In this document: piece by piece, positions 40,785 through 54,170 of the stretch
Numbering within the stretch: the first letter of the stretch is position 1
How the letters are laid out: each line of letters begins with the position of its first letter
NCBI RefSeq assembly: GCF_001194135.2
Contig: NC_068992.1
Span: forward strand, 46,708,618 to 46,772,617
Source: Octopus bimaculoides
Taxonomy: Eukaryota
Direction of reading: 5' to 3'
DNA: 64,000 nucleotides
The notes under the pieces: generated by a model
What the model saw: the letters and a program-made list of their open reading frames with translations, nothing else
The model's database searches: none
What the model was told of the DNA's origin: nothing
Program-made: the position numbers and the translations under genes

Positions 40785-41575
40785 TAATTAGCTTTAAACG
40801 TAGCAAGGTTTATAATATTAGTTCATTAAAAGTACTTTTACTAGTTCCTGTTTAATGAAATTTCAGTGTATATTAGTCGCTGGTAATTTAATATCATAAC
40901 TTGTAGCTGTGATATATTAATGAGTATGTAATGTTTTATCATTAACTTTTGGAAGATGAAATAATGTATTTCACTCATAAAAATATTAGTTAAATTAATT
41001 TTAGTCTTGTTTTGTTTTGGAAATATTTTTTATAAGGTTTGAACTTTCCTTTTAGTAGTATCTATGGAAGACCGGTGGGATTATTATGTATATGGACTTA
41101 AAGGTGGATCGCAATTTAGCATATAATTAAGTTATTGCAGTTTACTATTAATACCGATGCATTGGTTTAAATGTCTCTTGTTGTAATCTTAGTAAAGTTA
41201 GTGTTTAATCCTGCCTATATATTGATTGATTGAAATAATGTTATTAAACTTTTACTTCTATATAACACTACGGAAGACGGTAGGGATTATAATTAGGTAT
41301 GACTTATTGGAGTTGTCGGTTTTTAGTTACGCATTTAGGAGTGGTTGTAATTTACTTATGGAATTTATTTTGTCGATACGGTTGTACATTGGGTAAATGT
41401 GTTTGAAAGTTATGGTTTCTTTGGTTCAAAACAACACTTATTTTAGTGCTGTTGAAACTGCCGGATTGAATAGTACTGCCCAGGTGTCAAAACAATAATG
41501 ATATCCGTGGGGCGGCTGATGATGGAGGTATGTTGGATTGTTGGTATGACTGTGGAATAGTATTATAACACATCC
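40785..41575 (-). mobile_element. Highly decayed Penelope-like element C-terminus (GIY-YIG endonuclease), two tandem partial copies
   Basis: Minus-strand frames give NA*LKTDNSNKSYLIIIPTVFRSVI*K*KFNNIISINQYIGRIKH*L..KRHLNQ. A second copy ~206 bp further gives KSIYIIIPPVFHRYY..KTKINLTNIF.SEIH..H*YITATSYDIKL..KQELVKVLLMN*YYKP. This matches the PLE pattern 'IP..LRSSVIYKF.C..C...YIG.TKR.L..R..EH..KIL..R.I.ESL.I...KP'. Confidence 0.55.
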
Positions 41576-41579
41576 TTTT

Positions 41580-41633
<54 letters not shown>

Positions 41634-42104
41634 AATCAGTATGTATATAGTTAAATATTAATTATAGATTACAGATAAGCTATCTTCATTATACTAAATG
41701 ATTATACCTTGTAAATACATTCATGTAATTTATTTATTAATGGTAATAATAATGTTAATAAGGATTTATGAATAATTTTACACAATGCCATATTGTGATG
41801 AAAAGCATTTATTTACAATTACGTATTTCTGTTTTTTTTTTATTTTTAATAGCGAATATATTTATAAATGTATAAACATTTACTTACAAAATATGTATAT
41901 TCTTTCCTCTGGTAAACTAAATAATTTAATATTTGTTCTAGAAATTGTTTGAATAAGTATGAATTAGGAAATTACAACAATTATTATATAAAATGAATAA
42001 TTTTATATATGTGTATTGATTGTTATACAAACTAAACCTTATAATTTTAATAAAGTTTTGATAATATTGTGTACTTTATAGCTTGTATTATTATTGCAAA
42101 ACTA

Positions 42105-42545
42105 ATTTCGTTACTTCTGAAAGACTTAGTATAATTTTTAAATATATTATTTATAGTTTATTAATAGTTTTTTCTAAGAAATAATATAGGTTATATTCAT
42201 CGGAGAAGTATATTTTATGTTTTTGCTTTTGTTTAACTACATTTACAGAATTCTCCCTTCGACAATTTACGTAAATAAGGATCGTTATTTGTTAGTTACT
42301 TTGAATAATCTTTATTCCAGTGACTTCTAGTTTATTTACTTCCGAAAAACTTAATGTTTCGATATTTATTATTTATATTCATGTTTTATTATTTCTTTGT
42401 CTAAGAAACAATATGGGTTTTAATTATCGTAGATCTAAGTTTGTTTATTTTATTTGCTAGGTTCTCCCTTCGATAAAATACGTAAATAAGGGACCTTTTT
42501 TGTTAGTTACTTGGAATAATATTTATTTCAGTAAATTCAGATAAA
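42105..42545. repeat. Degenerate tandem duplication, period ~215-225 bp
   Basis: Anchors ttacttc(t/c)gaaaa, ctaagaaa(t/c)aatat(a/g)ggtt and ttctcccttcga..tacgtaaataagg..ttgttagttactt each occur twice. Confidence 0.85.
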
Positions 42546-42649
42546 TGAGAAATGTTATATTTTATTATATTAATACAATACTATATTATCGTTATATATA
42601 ATTTATATATATTTTCTTCGAGTAATTATAAATATTTGAAAATATTTAC

Positions 42650-42715
<66 letters not shown>

Positions 42716-42900
42716 ACATATATATAGTAATGTTATATTTTATTAGGAACGTGATAGAGTACAGAATCAAGTTCCTGTACCTTCAGAATTACCCAATACT
42801 ATCGGTAGCATTATTATATACTACCAAGTTTAAGTTTGGGGATTTGTCATGTGTGAATGTAAAATTGAAGACATTAGAGTCAAGGAGATGTATGGTTGAG

Positions 42901-43051
42901 TATTTATTTATTATTCGCAACAATTGTTTCGACGCAACGTAGTTCTCTAAGAATACAGGTTTTTGATTATAGAAACAGTTGCCCAATCAAATATTTGTAT
43001 TCTTGGAGAACTAGGTTGCGTCGAAACAATTGTAGGGAGTAATAAATAAAT
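42901..43051. repeat. Short inverted repeat / hairpin (37-bp core arms, 40-bp spacer)
   Basis: ACAATTGTTTCGACGCAAC(G/C)TAGTTCTC(T/C)AAGAATAC at 42920-42956 and its reverse complement at 42997-43033. Confidence 0.92.
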
Positions 43052-43719
43052 GTCCAACTGCACTACTTCTTCTTGACACAAATCACTTCAAAACACACAC
43101 ACACATAAAGATATATACATTTATATATACATATATGCATACATAAATACATACATACAAAGACCCACACCCACACAAACATATAAAGATGACTTGTGAA
43201 CAGAATGCTGTCGCCGTGGGTTAAAATTCGACGAAAAAATTTCATACATTATTCATATGTAAATTGCACATTAATCTTGAAGAAAGCACCTGTTTGTGAT
43301 CAGCCATCTTTGACAATGCCATAGTTGTGTTTTTTTTTTTATATAGAAAATAGTTTTATGTCAATTTCCATTACGGTAGGCAATATAGAAATATGAATTA
43401 TAAATAGTTTCTATTCTGGATGAATACCATCGTTTTCGAGTTTAAACGTACGCAAATACACAAAAGGAAATATGTCATAAAGTTAATTCATTATACTTAT
43501 TTGAGATTTCATATTCGATCATTTCTCTTAATACGATAAGGGCAATCCCACAACTATCTCAGATTTGAGAGTATTATGTAATTGATATTTAATTTCAGAA
43601 TATGTAGATCGATACTTGCGGTTTGCTTGAACCTGGTGTCTGGTGCGGATGTTTGCATCAAAATTAACATGCCACGGGCATCAAAGTTGGTGTTAATGCT
43701 TGCGGTTGTTAAGACTTAC

Positions 43720-43784
43720 TGCACAAATACCTGTGCAATGACATTTATATTTTGCTGAACATCTTAGTGAACCACAGATTAAAC
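43720..43784 (-). CDS. Candidate 65-nt Cys-rich exon
   Basis: aatttatcAG acceptor and GTAAGT donor; one open frame, GLICGSLRCSAKYKCHCTGICA. Confidence 0.15.
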
Positions 43785-44587
43785 CTGATAAATTGTGATT
43801 TAAAATGCTGTATCTGTGACCATCCTTTTTCCTAAGTTAGCAACAACAAACTAATATAACTAATATAACAGAAGTTATCTGCTACAGCAGAAATCAAAAT
43901 TTATGTTCCACATTCAGTTATACAACATTGGATTTATAATGCATGCAGCAAAGGTGACCGTTACAATATCAAAATATGAATAGTACGTAAACAATAACTA
44001 CATGGTGGAAGCTCAATTTAAAATGAGACAATTCAACTTCATTCTCTCAAAACCATAACAAAATGTAATCGTGACAACCCTAGCTAATTATACTTAAATA
44101 GTGAAATAACGTGGTACTGCTTTAGGCTTCAGGTCGAAATCGTTGAAAGATCGCAAGAATAGATTCTTACTCAACATCCTCAAGAAATTCGCCAACAGTT
44201 TAAATGTAGTATCAAAGGTTTTTAACAAGTGGTGTTGCATTGATAACTATGTACTGAAATAAAGGAAAAATTACTAACCTCTGGTTGAAGGGAGACAATT
44301 ATTGTGTTTCGGTTTTAAAGCATTACGTCATACTTGTTCCAGTATCTACACATTATTGAGCAGCTATATGCTCAATATGTGTGTATATGCCATCACATAC
44401 ACAAACCTCTTCTTGATATGTATAGGTACATATGTGTGTGAATCTCTCTCTATATATATACACACACACAGATAATCACATATACTGTACATACTCATAT
44501 ACTATTATACATACGTTCCTATATTTTCATATATGTGTATATATGCTCATAGATATATTATAAGTACATCTCAACTACCTATCTATA

Positions 44588-44619
<32 letters not shown>

Positions 44620-46013
44620 GCTATCTATCTATACATATATACACATGTATATACAAATGTATATTCATAAGCACGTATATAGTTACATCTATATATGTCT
44701 ATATATCTGCATGACTACATACACACACATGTATGTCGATATATGCATGTTCATATAAGCCTACATGCATCGATTAAGAAATCAACATCTGTAAAATTGT
44801 TCGTTTTTCGTTTCTGAAATAGATGTTCTCTTTTTTATTGAAATCAAGTGATTTATTGTATTCATATTTTAAAAGAGGGAAAAATTCGAAGCCAAATTTA
44901 CGTTTATTCATAGAGAAATATAACAATCAATTCTTCCTGTATGATCGTCTTGTAGTTGTTTTCTAAGAATATTTCTAGTCATCCAGTATGAATGCTTAAT
45001 TTTTTTCTTCTAGGAAACAGTCTTTAACTGATACGATATTTCTTGCAGTGGCACGAATATAGTTCCATTGACTGGATTTAGGTGTCCTCGATTTTAGCTT
45101 GTTTTGGAACAACATTTTGGTTGTCTGTCACTATCTACCTATCCATCTATCTGTCTATCAATATCATCCCTACGTATATCTATCTCAGTCTACATGCATA
45201 CATGCATCTGTATCTTTTCCTATATCCATGTCTACATCTTTCTATATCCGTCTACATCTATATTTCTCTCTCTCTATCTTTATATTCATTTATCACCTCT
45301 CTTTGTCTATCAAATAATCTTTCGTTCTCTGAATACACACACAGAATGTTGTGAGCACTAAAGTTTCTCGAATATTCTATTTTCCGTCTCTATAAAGTGT
45401 TGTATAATCAAGGAACACTGAGGAATTCCTGAAGTACATTGAGCAGCAATTGTGTAAATGCCATAGATGACGCCATGTAGGCATAAGCAATGAACGTGCT
45501 TCATCGGCTAATAATGAGGTACATATCCAATACTTAGGGAACAGCTTATATATACATATATGTGTGTGAGTGTATGTATGTGTGTGTGTGTGTGTGTGTG
45601 CCTTCTACTATATGCACAATGCGTGCCCTTTTTGCTATGGAGTGCAGTCTTGACGATTATATTCATCTCTGTGCTCAGCTGCTATTCTTTTTCACGTCCA
45701 TGATTGGGATGGAAGTAAAAAATCGACCTGGGAAGGATTTGAACTCGCTTTATCCCGCATGCAAATGATTTGACCTGGACGCTTTATATTCATGTATGTA
45801 TAAATTAATACACACACCCACACAGATATGTGTGTATGTGTGTGTGTGTGTTTGTAAATAACAAAAAAAGCACAGGTGTCAATCCACTGCAGCTGTTTCA
45901 TATATATANNNNNNNNNNNNNNNNNNNNNNNNNNNNNNNNNNNNNNNNNNNNNNTATATATATATATATATATCTATAGACAGATTGTTAGTGGATACAT
46001 ATACTCTTACTCT

Positions 46014-46215
46014 CTCTACACTTTTACTTGTTCCAGTCATATGACTGCGGCCATGCTGGGACAACACTTCGAATTTTGTATTCCAAGTCGTCGACTCCAA
46101 TGCTTATTTTTAAAGCCTCATACTTATTCTATTGGTGCTTTTTACCGAACCGCTTGTTTACAGGATGCAAACACACCAACACCGGTTGTCTAGTGGTGGG
46201 GAGGGACAAACAGAA
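46014..46215 (-). mobile_element. SINE family A tail module without head
   Basis: cttttacttgttccagtcatatgactgcggccatgctgg..accaacaccggttgtc; followed by a microsatellite, then another SINE A. Confidence 0.85.
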
Positions 46216-46321
46216 ACAGAAAGACACACACAGATATACATACACGCACACATACACATTCATACCTACATACATATGTAGTGTATATATATATATATAT
46301 AAATATATATATATATATTCT

Positions 46322-46684
46322 CTCTTTTACAAGTTTCAGTCATTTGACTGCGGCCATGCTGGAGCACCACCTTTAGTCGAGCAAATCGAACGGAGGACAT
46401 TCTTTGTAAGCCTAGTGCTTATTCTATCGTTCTCTTTTGCCGAAGCGCTAATTTACGGGAACGTAAACACAGCAGCATCGTTTGTCAAGCGATGATGAGG
46501 GGGGCGGGACAAACAGAGATACACAAACACATACACGACGAGCTTCTTTCAGTTTCCGTCTACCAAATCCACTCACAATGCTTTGGTCGGCCCGAGGCTA
46601 TAGTAGAAGACACTTGCCCAAGGTGCCACGCAGTGGGACTGAACCCGGAACCATGTGGTTGGTAAGCAAGCTACTCCTGCGCCT
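46322..46684 (-). mobile_element. SINE family A, full length, young
   Basis: Close to the apparent consensus; ends at a gap. Confidence 0.95.
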
Positions 46685-48275
46685 NNNNNNNNNNNNNNNN
46701 NNNNNNNNNNNNNNNNNNNNNNNNNNNNNNNNNNNNNNNNNNNNNNNNNNNNNNNNNNNNNNNNNNNNNNNNNNNNNNNNNNNNNNNNNNNNNNNNNNNN
46801 NNNNNNNNNNNNNNNNNNNNNNNNNNNNNNNNNNNNNNNNNNNNNNNNNNNNNNNNNNNNNNNNNNNNNNNNNNNNNNNNNNNNNNNNNNNNNNNNNNNN
46901 NNNNNNNNNNNNNNNNNNNNNNNNNNNNNNNNNNNNNNNNNNNNNNNNNNNNNNNNNNNNNNNNNNNNNNNNNNNNNNNNNNNNNNNNNNNNNNNNNNNN
47001 NNNNNNNNNNNNNNNNNNNNNNNNNNNNNNNNNNNNNNNNNNNNNNNNNNNNNNNNNNNNNNNNNNNNNNNNNNNNNNNNNNNNNNNNNNNNNNNNNNNN
47101 NNNNNNNNNNNNNNNNNNNNNNNNNNNNNNNNNNNNNNNNNNNNNNNNNNNNNNNNNNNNNNNNNNNNNNNNNNNNNNNNNNNNNNNNNNNNNNNNNNNN
47201 NNNNNNNNNNNNNNNNNNNNNNNNNNNNNNNNNNNNNNNNNNNNNNNNNNNNNNNNNNNNNNNNNNNNNNNNNNNNNNNNNNNNNNNNNNNNNNNNNNNN
47301 NNNNNNNNNNNNNNNNNNNNNNNNNNNNNNNNNNNNNNNNNNNNNNNNNNNNNNNNNNNNNNNNNNNNNNNNNNNNNNNNNNNNNNNNNNNNNNNNNNNN
47401 NNNNNNNNNNNNNNNNNNNNNNNNNNNNNNNNNNNNNNNNNNNNNNNNNNNNNNNNNNNNNNNNNNNNNNNNNNNNNNNNNNNNNNNNNNNNNNNNNNNN
47501 NNNNNNNNNNNNNNNNNNNNNNNNNNNNNNNTATATAAATATAAGTGATCATATATATATAAATATAAGTGATCATATATATATATATATATTTGTCAAT
47601 ATATAGGATACATACATATGTATATGTATGCATATATGAGTGTGTATACACTCACACATGTTTATATGCAAATAATATTAGGAAGAAATTAAGGTCACGA
47701 ACAATGTAAGGAGCATTGAATACATTGCGTATTTATTTCTACATTGCAGACATTGAATCGGTTTCCTTACTTCGAGATACTTGCCGAAAAAGGCATCTCC
47801 AGATGGTGCATAAGAAATCGTAAGCGTCATGTCAAGCATAGTACTTCCTAGCCTTCACTTTATTTATAATGTCTTATCTTCGATGCCTCAGCAGCTGAGT
47901 GAACCGCCGTTTCATTGATTGTGCTACTCTATACATCTGATTGTATACACACAATTAAATGTCTGGTGCTGAGAGCATTTTCGTTGGAGCTCAAGTGGAA
48001 ATCTACCCTTAAATGTTCAACAAAAATACGTCATCACCGATCGTAGTGAAACGAAACATGTATAAACGTTGAGTTTTGTAGCAACCTAATTATAGTAATT
48101 GTCTAACACTTAGTGGAACGAAGTTATTTAATAACGATAGAAAGGGGTGGGACAGTGTATATTCAGTATGTCTATGAGCGACACTATGCTTGTGAATTAG
48201 TTTTGGATGCAGTTTAATATCCTTGTGAGAAACAGTAACAACTTTCTACATAGTTAAGCAATACTTGTCTCTAAT

Positions 48276-48640
48276 CAACCAAAAACTAGTAATGAAGAGA
48301 CAATTATGATTTCCTTCGATGCTGTTAATCTTTACACCAATTATAATTGTCTCTTCATTAAAAGTTTTTGGTTGGTGGTTCAGTATATCTAGATCGTCTG
48401 TAATAAAACTGTTGATGTATTTCGAAAGGGGTTTAGTAGGATGTCTAGTAAGTTGTTTAGGCGGTGGGTTTCAGACGCCGGACCAGCTATAATGGGTCTT
48501 AATTTTAAATCTTCTGACGCGTGGATGTTGGTGTATGTGCCTGGTGATTGTTTGCAGGTTTCAACAATTATCTGATTGTTGTGAATTTGAGGTAAGCCGT
48601 AGAAAACACTGAATTTACATTGAAGGTTCATGATATAATC
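48276..48640 (-). mobile_element. Penelope-like element reverse transcriptase fragment with foldback junction
   Basis: FYGLPQIHN..LRPIIAGPASETHRLNNLLDILLNP, a frameshift, then YINSFITDDLDILNHQPKTFNEETI. The next RT motif (NEETIMISFDAVNLYTN) lies inverted on the plus strand at 48291-48341. Confidence 0.88.
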
Positions 48641-49103
48641 TCATATATATATATTTAGTGTACTGTTCCGTGATCGTAAGACCAACAAAAATGTACTCCA
48701 TCTAGTACGAGATAAGTATTATTTAATAAGCACAGTATACATTTTTTATGAGCTATTAACAGTTTCATGTGATGTGAAACAACTCAGGCATCATTTAGTA
48801 ACATATCTGGTCTCTTCATGCAATCCTCAAGCTTTTCCTACATGACATAACCAGTTAAAGCAGGACGAGAGAAAATAAGAGAAAATGTGAGAAGGAAATA
48901 GATGTAAAACGTGGAAGGTTGTAGAAACCGGAAAGAAAAAAATATAGGAAGCGGAGGAAATAGAGTTATGTCCACGGCACTACACAATTGTGCCTCCGAG
49001 TTGAATTTCATCGCATGAAACTATTTGTAGCTTATATGAAATATTTTAAGACAGTGTCCCAATATGAGCTGGAGAGTAGAGCCAAAGAGGCAGCTGGGCA
49101 ATA

Positions 49104-49164
<61 letters not shown>

Positions 49165-49520
49165 TATATATACATATAGGTAGAGAAAAGAAGAGAGAAA
49201 AGATGAGAGAGAGAGAGAGAGGAATGACAGTGTCCACGTTACAGTTACACGTATACAGCATGTTCTAGTTATCTTATTTATTTTAGTAAAAATATGTAAT
49301 ATCTCAGTAACTTCTCTATCAGATCAGACTGTCTAGTGCCGTTGTACGGCATGGTATATATAATATTTATGTTCTGTTCCTGCTTTCCAATTGATTGTAT
49401 CTTGAAATATGTGAATCTGACTGACAGCGAGACAGAGAAAGTGCCGACGTTGTGTAACGAAACTCTGCATACAAATATACAGCTGAAAACATATACGACT
49501 GCAGAATATGTATATATATG

Positions 49521-49569
<49 letters not shown>

Positions 49570-50280
49570 AATATATATATACAAATATGCACATGCAAAT
49601 ATAATAAATATAAATATCAATACAGTAGATAATTATATATATCTCTTTACCTCTCTCTCTATATAGAATATATTTATAAATAGANNNNNNNNNNNNNNNN
49701 NNNNNNNNNNNNNNNNNNNNNNNNNNNNNNNNNNNNNNNNNNNNNNNNNNNNNNNNNNNNNNNNNNNNNNNNNNNNNNNNNNNNNNNNNNNNNNNNNNNN
49801 NNNNNNNNNNNNNNNNNNNNNNNNNNNNNNNNNNNNNNNNNNNNNNNNNNNNNNNNNNNNNNNNNNNNNNNNNNNNNNNNNNNNNNNNNNNNNNNNNNNN
49901 NNNNNNNNNNNNNNNNNNNNNNNNNNNNNNNNNNNNNNNNNNNNNNNNNNNNNNNNNNNNNNNNNNNNNNNNNNNNNNNNNNNNNNNNNNNNNNNNNNNN
50001 NNNNNNNNNNNNNNNNNNNNNNNNNNNNNNNNNNNNNNNNNNNNNNNNNNNNNNNNNNNNNNNNNNNNNNNNNNNNNNNNNNNNNNNNNNNNNNNNNNNN
50101 NNNNNNNNNNNNNNNNNNNNNNNNNNNNNNNNNNNNNNNNNNNNNNNNNNNNNNNNNNNNNNNNNNNNNNNNNNNNNNNNNNNNNNNNNNNNNNNNNNNN
50201 NNNNNNNNNNNNNNNNNNNNNNNNNNNNNNNNNNNNNNNNNNNNNNNNNNNNNNNNNNNNNNNNNNNNNNNNNNNNNNNN

Positions 50281-50340
<60 letters not shown>

Positions 50341-50786
50341 TGTTCGACGACTAGTAGCAAAACCGGAAATTAAATTCGTTTCATCTGTAAAAGATACATG
50401 CAATTATTACAGATAACCATTGCAACATATTGCGTATATTAAGTGGTAGACATTCATTGTCCTTTTCATCCAGCCTCGATCTGCATTTTCTAACAGTAGA
50501 CTATTTTTTCATTCATCATTGTTAGATAATATGTCTGCGTGCGTGCATGCGTGTATGAGTATGTGTGTGCTTGTCTGTGAGTGTGTGTGCTTGTATGTGT
50601 TCGTGTGCCTGAGTGTATATACACACACCCACACACAGAGACGTTAGTGTATACACACACTCACACAGAATTATGCAAATGCTAGCACATACACTTCTCC
50701 CAAGTCCGCACAGATACATGTAGCCTGTGCGTTTTATATACGTATTTATATACATGTATACATTTATAGTCACACCCACACACACA

Positions 50787-50841
<55 letters not shown>

Positions 50842-51202
50842 NNNNNNNNNNNNNNNNNNNNNNNNNNNNNNNNNNNNNNNNNNNNNNNNNNNNNNNNNNN
50901 NNNNNNNNNNNNNNNNNNNNNNNNNNNNNNNNNNNNNNNNNNNNNNNNNNNNNNNNNNNNNNNNNNNNNNNNNNNNNNNNNNNNNNNNNNNNNNNNNNNN
51001 NNNNNNNNNNNNNNNNNNNNNNNNNNNNNNNNNNNNNNNNNNNNNNNNNNNNNNNNNNNNNNNNNNNNNNNNNNNNNNNNNNNNNNNNNNNNNNNNNNNN
51101 NNNNNNNNNNNNNNNNNNNNNNNNNNNNNNNNNNNNNNNNNNNNNNNNNNNNNNNNNNNNNNNNNNNNNNNNNNNNNNNNNNNNNNNNNNNNNNNNNNNN
51201 NN

Positions 51203-51245
<43 letters not shown>

Positions 51246-51597
51246 TGTGTATTGGTATATATATACGTATTTACGTATGTGTGGTTTCTGATTATGCATG
51301 AAGGAATACATCTATATATTTGAGAAATCACCGTATATTTTCGTAGATGAAATCCGGGCCTTGATTATAAATATCTTTCTTAACTGATCGCGTACGTTCG
51401 ACTGGACAAGCTGTAATTCATGTTGAAATTCTACTAGTCACTTAATACTCTGCTCAAACTTTTACTCAGATACCGACTATTTACTGACTTTGGCTAATAT
51501 CCGAAATAAATCAAATAAAAATGTTTAATGCTTAAATTAGATTAACAGTATGGTATCCCTTAATTTAATCCTGTCTTTAATATTTATACCCTCTTTA

Positions 51598-52488
51598 ACA
51601 GGGTGACCTGCCAAAATCGTTAGTACACCGGGCAAAATGCTTCGTGCTATTTCATCTGTCTTTACGGTCTGAATTCCACCGAGGCCTACTTTGCTTGTCA
51701 TCCTTTCGTGGTTGATAAAATAATTACCAGTTGAGCAGTGGGTTTGATGCAATCGACTTGACGTCCCCCACCCCAATAAATTGCTGCTTTTTGCTATCAA
51801 TTTGAAATCAATATTTATACTCCTGTTACGTTGGCAACGTGGCAGAATCGTTAGCACACCGGACCAAATGCATAGCATCATTTCATCCTTCTTCACGTTC
51901 TGCGTTCAGAATCCTCAGAGGTCGACTTTGACTTTCAATCTTTGGAGTTCGATAAAATAAGTACCAGCTGAAGACTGGGGTCGATGTAATAAACTTATCC
52001 TCTCACCCGAAATTGCTGGCCTTGAGCCAATATTTCTCCCTCGTCTTTCCGTATGTCTGTCAAGTTACATATCTACCATTTTTATATATACACATAAAAT
52101 TTCGAAATGTGATATACATCATTATTTTGAAATCTATACCATTTTTTGAATCTCTCGATTTCATAAATATCTCAGTGAGAGATGTGTTTCAGAATTTTAT
52201 CTCTGGTGGCAGTCGTAGCTGTTCGTAATTGTCTATGTTACGTTGTCATTATAGTCCGCTTTGCGGCGGCTGCTTGGACACCAATGGCTGAATCGTTAGA
52301 TCACCGAGAAAATGTTTAGCGCCATTTCGTCCGTCTTTACGTTCTGTGTTCAAATTCCTCAATGTCGACTTGGCCTTGTATCCTTTCGGGGTCGATAAAT
52401 TAAGTACCAGTGAAACTCTGAGGTCGATAAAATCGACTATCCCCCTACCCAAATTTCTGGCCTCGAGCTTATAATACAAAGGATTATT
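51598..52488 (+). mobile_element. Three same-orientation SINE family B copies (~51598, 51832, 52262)
   Basis: Each has gaatcgttag.ac.cc, a B box and catcctttcg(g/t)ggtcgataaa..agtaccag. Confidence 0.9.
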
Positions 52489-53104
52489 ATTATTACTTGT
52501 AGTAGTAGTAGTAGTAATTTGTGGGACAGAATACAAATACAAAAGGACAACAATTATGAAGCTGTTTTGGTCCACAGTAAAGAAACTGATCCCGTTTTTT
52601 GCCTTCGGGTTCAATTATGCAACACAATGTGCAACAACTTCACTTTCAAAGTAGTAAACTTTTAACTGAGTAAACAATCTAAAGTTTTTTTAAGCAATTA
52701 TTCAACCCACATAGGACATAATCTACTTTGTTACGCGCAAAAATACAACGGTGGCGGTGATAGAAGAAAGAAGTGAAGATTTTATTTAAATAAGAGTATT
52801 TACTAAAAATATAACTACAAATGTCAATTTTAGTGTTTAGTAAGAGAAGTAATCCTAATGTATGCTGAAGGAGAGTGGGAAGTATCAGTAGTCACTTTAA
52901 GTAACAGTAGTTAAAGTCAAGAAAAAGCAACATCATTAGTTAAGAGAACTTTAATCAAAGTGTGGGATAAAATTCTTTTGATAGAGATGTAAAAGTAAAA
53001 CTAATACAGGAGAGACTCCCAAAACAAGGAAGTAAACAGAAATACTTCGGGACACAAGGAAACTTTAAAGAAATATTGGCTTCACATTTTTATACAAGGT
53101 CAAC

Positions 53105-53600
53105 AGCTCCGAGGGCGGGGTTAAGTCGATTGCGTAGACCCTAGTGCTTAATCGGTACTTATTTTATCGAACCTATGGAAGTCAAATTCGACCTCTGCAG
53201 AATTTGAACTCAGAACAAAAACACGGACGAAATGATGCTAAGTATTTTTCCCAGCGTAAGCTTCGAAGAAATATCGACTTAAGAATATGAAGTTGAGAAG
53301 AACTATTCAGTCGCATTGATTAAATGTCGAAAATGAGTTATTATTAATAACTTGTTTTTCCGACTATTTTCTTCATTATTAGAATACAACAATTTTTAAT
53401 ATTAAAATTTAAACTCATGCCGGCGAGCTGGCAACGGCCAGAATGCTTTGCGGTAATTCGTCTGCCTTTATGCTCTGAGTTCAAATTTCGCCGGGGTCGA
53501 CTTTACCATTAACCTTTCAGGGTCGTTAAAATGAGTAACATCCAAGCACATTTCTATTTGATCGACTTACACCCTTACCTGAAGACTACTGGATTGATGT
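53105..53600. mobile_element. Two SINE family B copies in opposite orientation (53105-53258 minus, 53420-53600 plus)
   Basis: Central-domain and B-box motifs on the respective strands. Confidence 0.8.
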
Positions 53601-54069
53601 AATGCTTCGTATATTTCTAGAACGTGCCATTTGACGTATCAGCGAGAAAGCTATCGTTTGAACGGAGCATTGAATTTTCGCTATTTTTAAAGTACATATC
53701 TCTTAAGATCTAGTTGAATCTCCGACGTCAGGAATCTTGAATTGATAATAACAGAAGAGAGGAATAGGAATTATTCGAAACCAAATGTATGAAATCGTCT
53801 GTCAAATTCTTTTCAAAACAATACCAAGGGACGTGTAAATAAATAATGTATGATATTACATAGACTACTCCTGTTTTTGGTGCTTTTTTTTCTTCTTTTT
53901 CATGTATTTTTTTCTTGAATATCAATGAAATAATTTAAATATCATACTTGCTGATAAAAACCAGAAGCCGCCTGAGTATGTTACGACAAACTATTTTATA
54001 TATTCTCCTCATCAAATTTCATAGTATTATATGTATTCTACAGAGGCTGAGAGCACAGCCAACGAAGTA

Positions 54070-54077
54070 TAGTAGTT

Positions 54078-54114
<37 letters not shown>

Positions 54115-54170
54115 AAGCAGCTGCATTGGTGGTGGTGGTAGTAGTAGTAGTAGCAGCAGCAATTACTAGT
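54070..54170. repeat. (AGT)n/(GGT)n/(AGC)n microsatellite
   Basis: Read directly. Confidence 0.95.

Noticed and set aside
40785-42545. Possible NUMT (AT-rich, G+T-skewed)
   Set aside because: No recognisable 12S/16S, tRNA or mitochondrial protein motif; the translation fits a decayed PLE endonuclease better.
31870-42545. Alternative (ciliate) genetic code or contaminant, suggested by many in-frame TAA stops at 32 kb and 41-42 kb
   Set aside because: TGA stops and frameshifts also occur and the segments sit among host repeats; ordinary AT-biased decay explains it.
47531-47580. Short direct repeat tataaatataagtgatca
   Set aside because: Sits on a gap edge within (TA)n; likely slippage or an assembly artefact.
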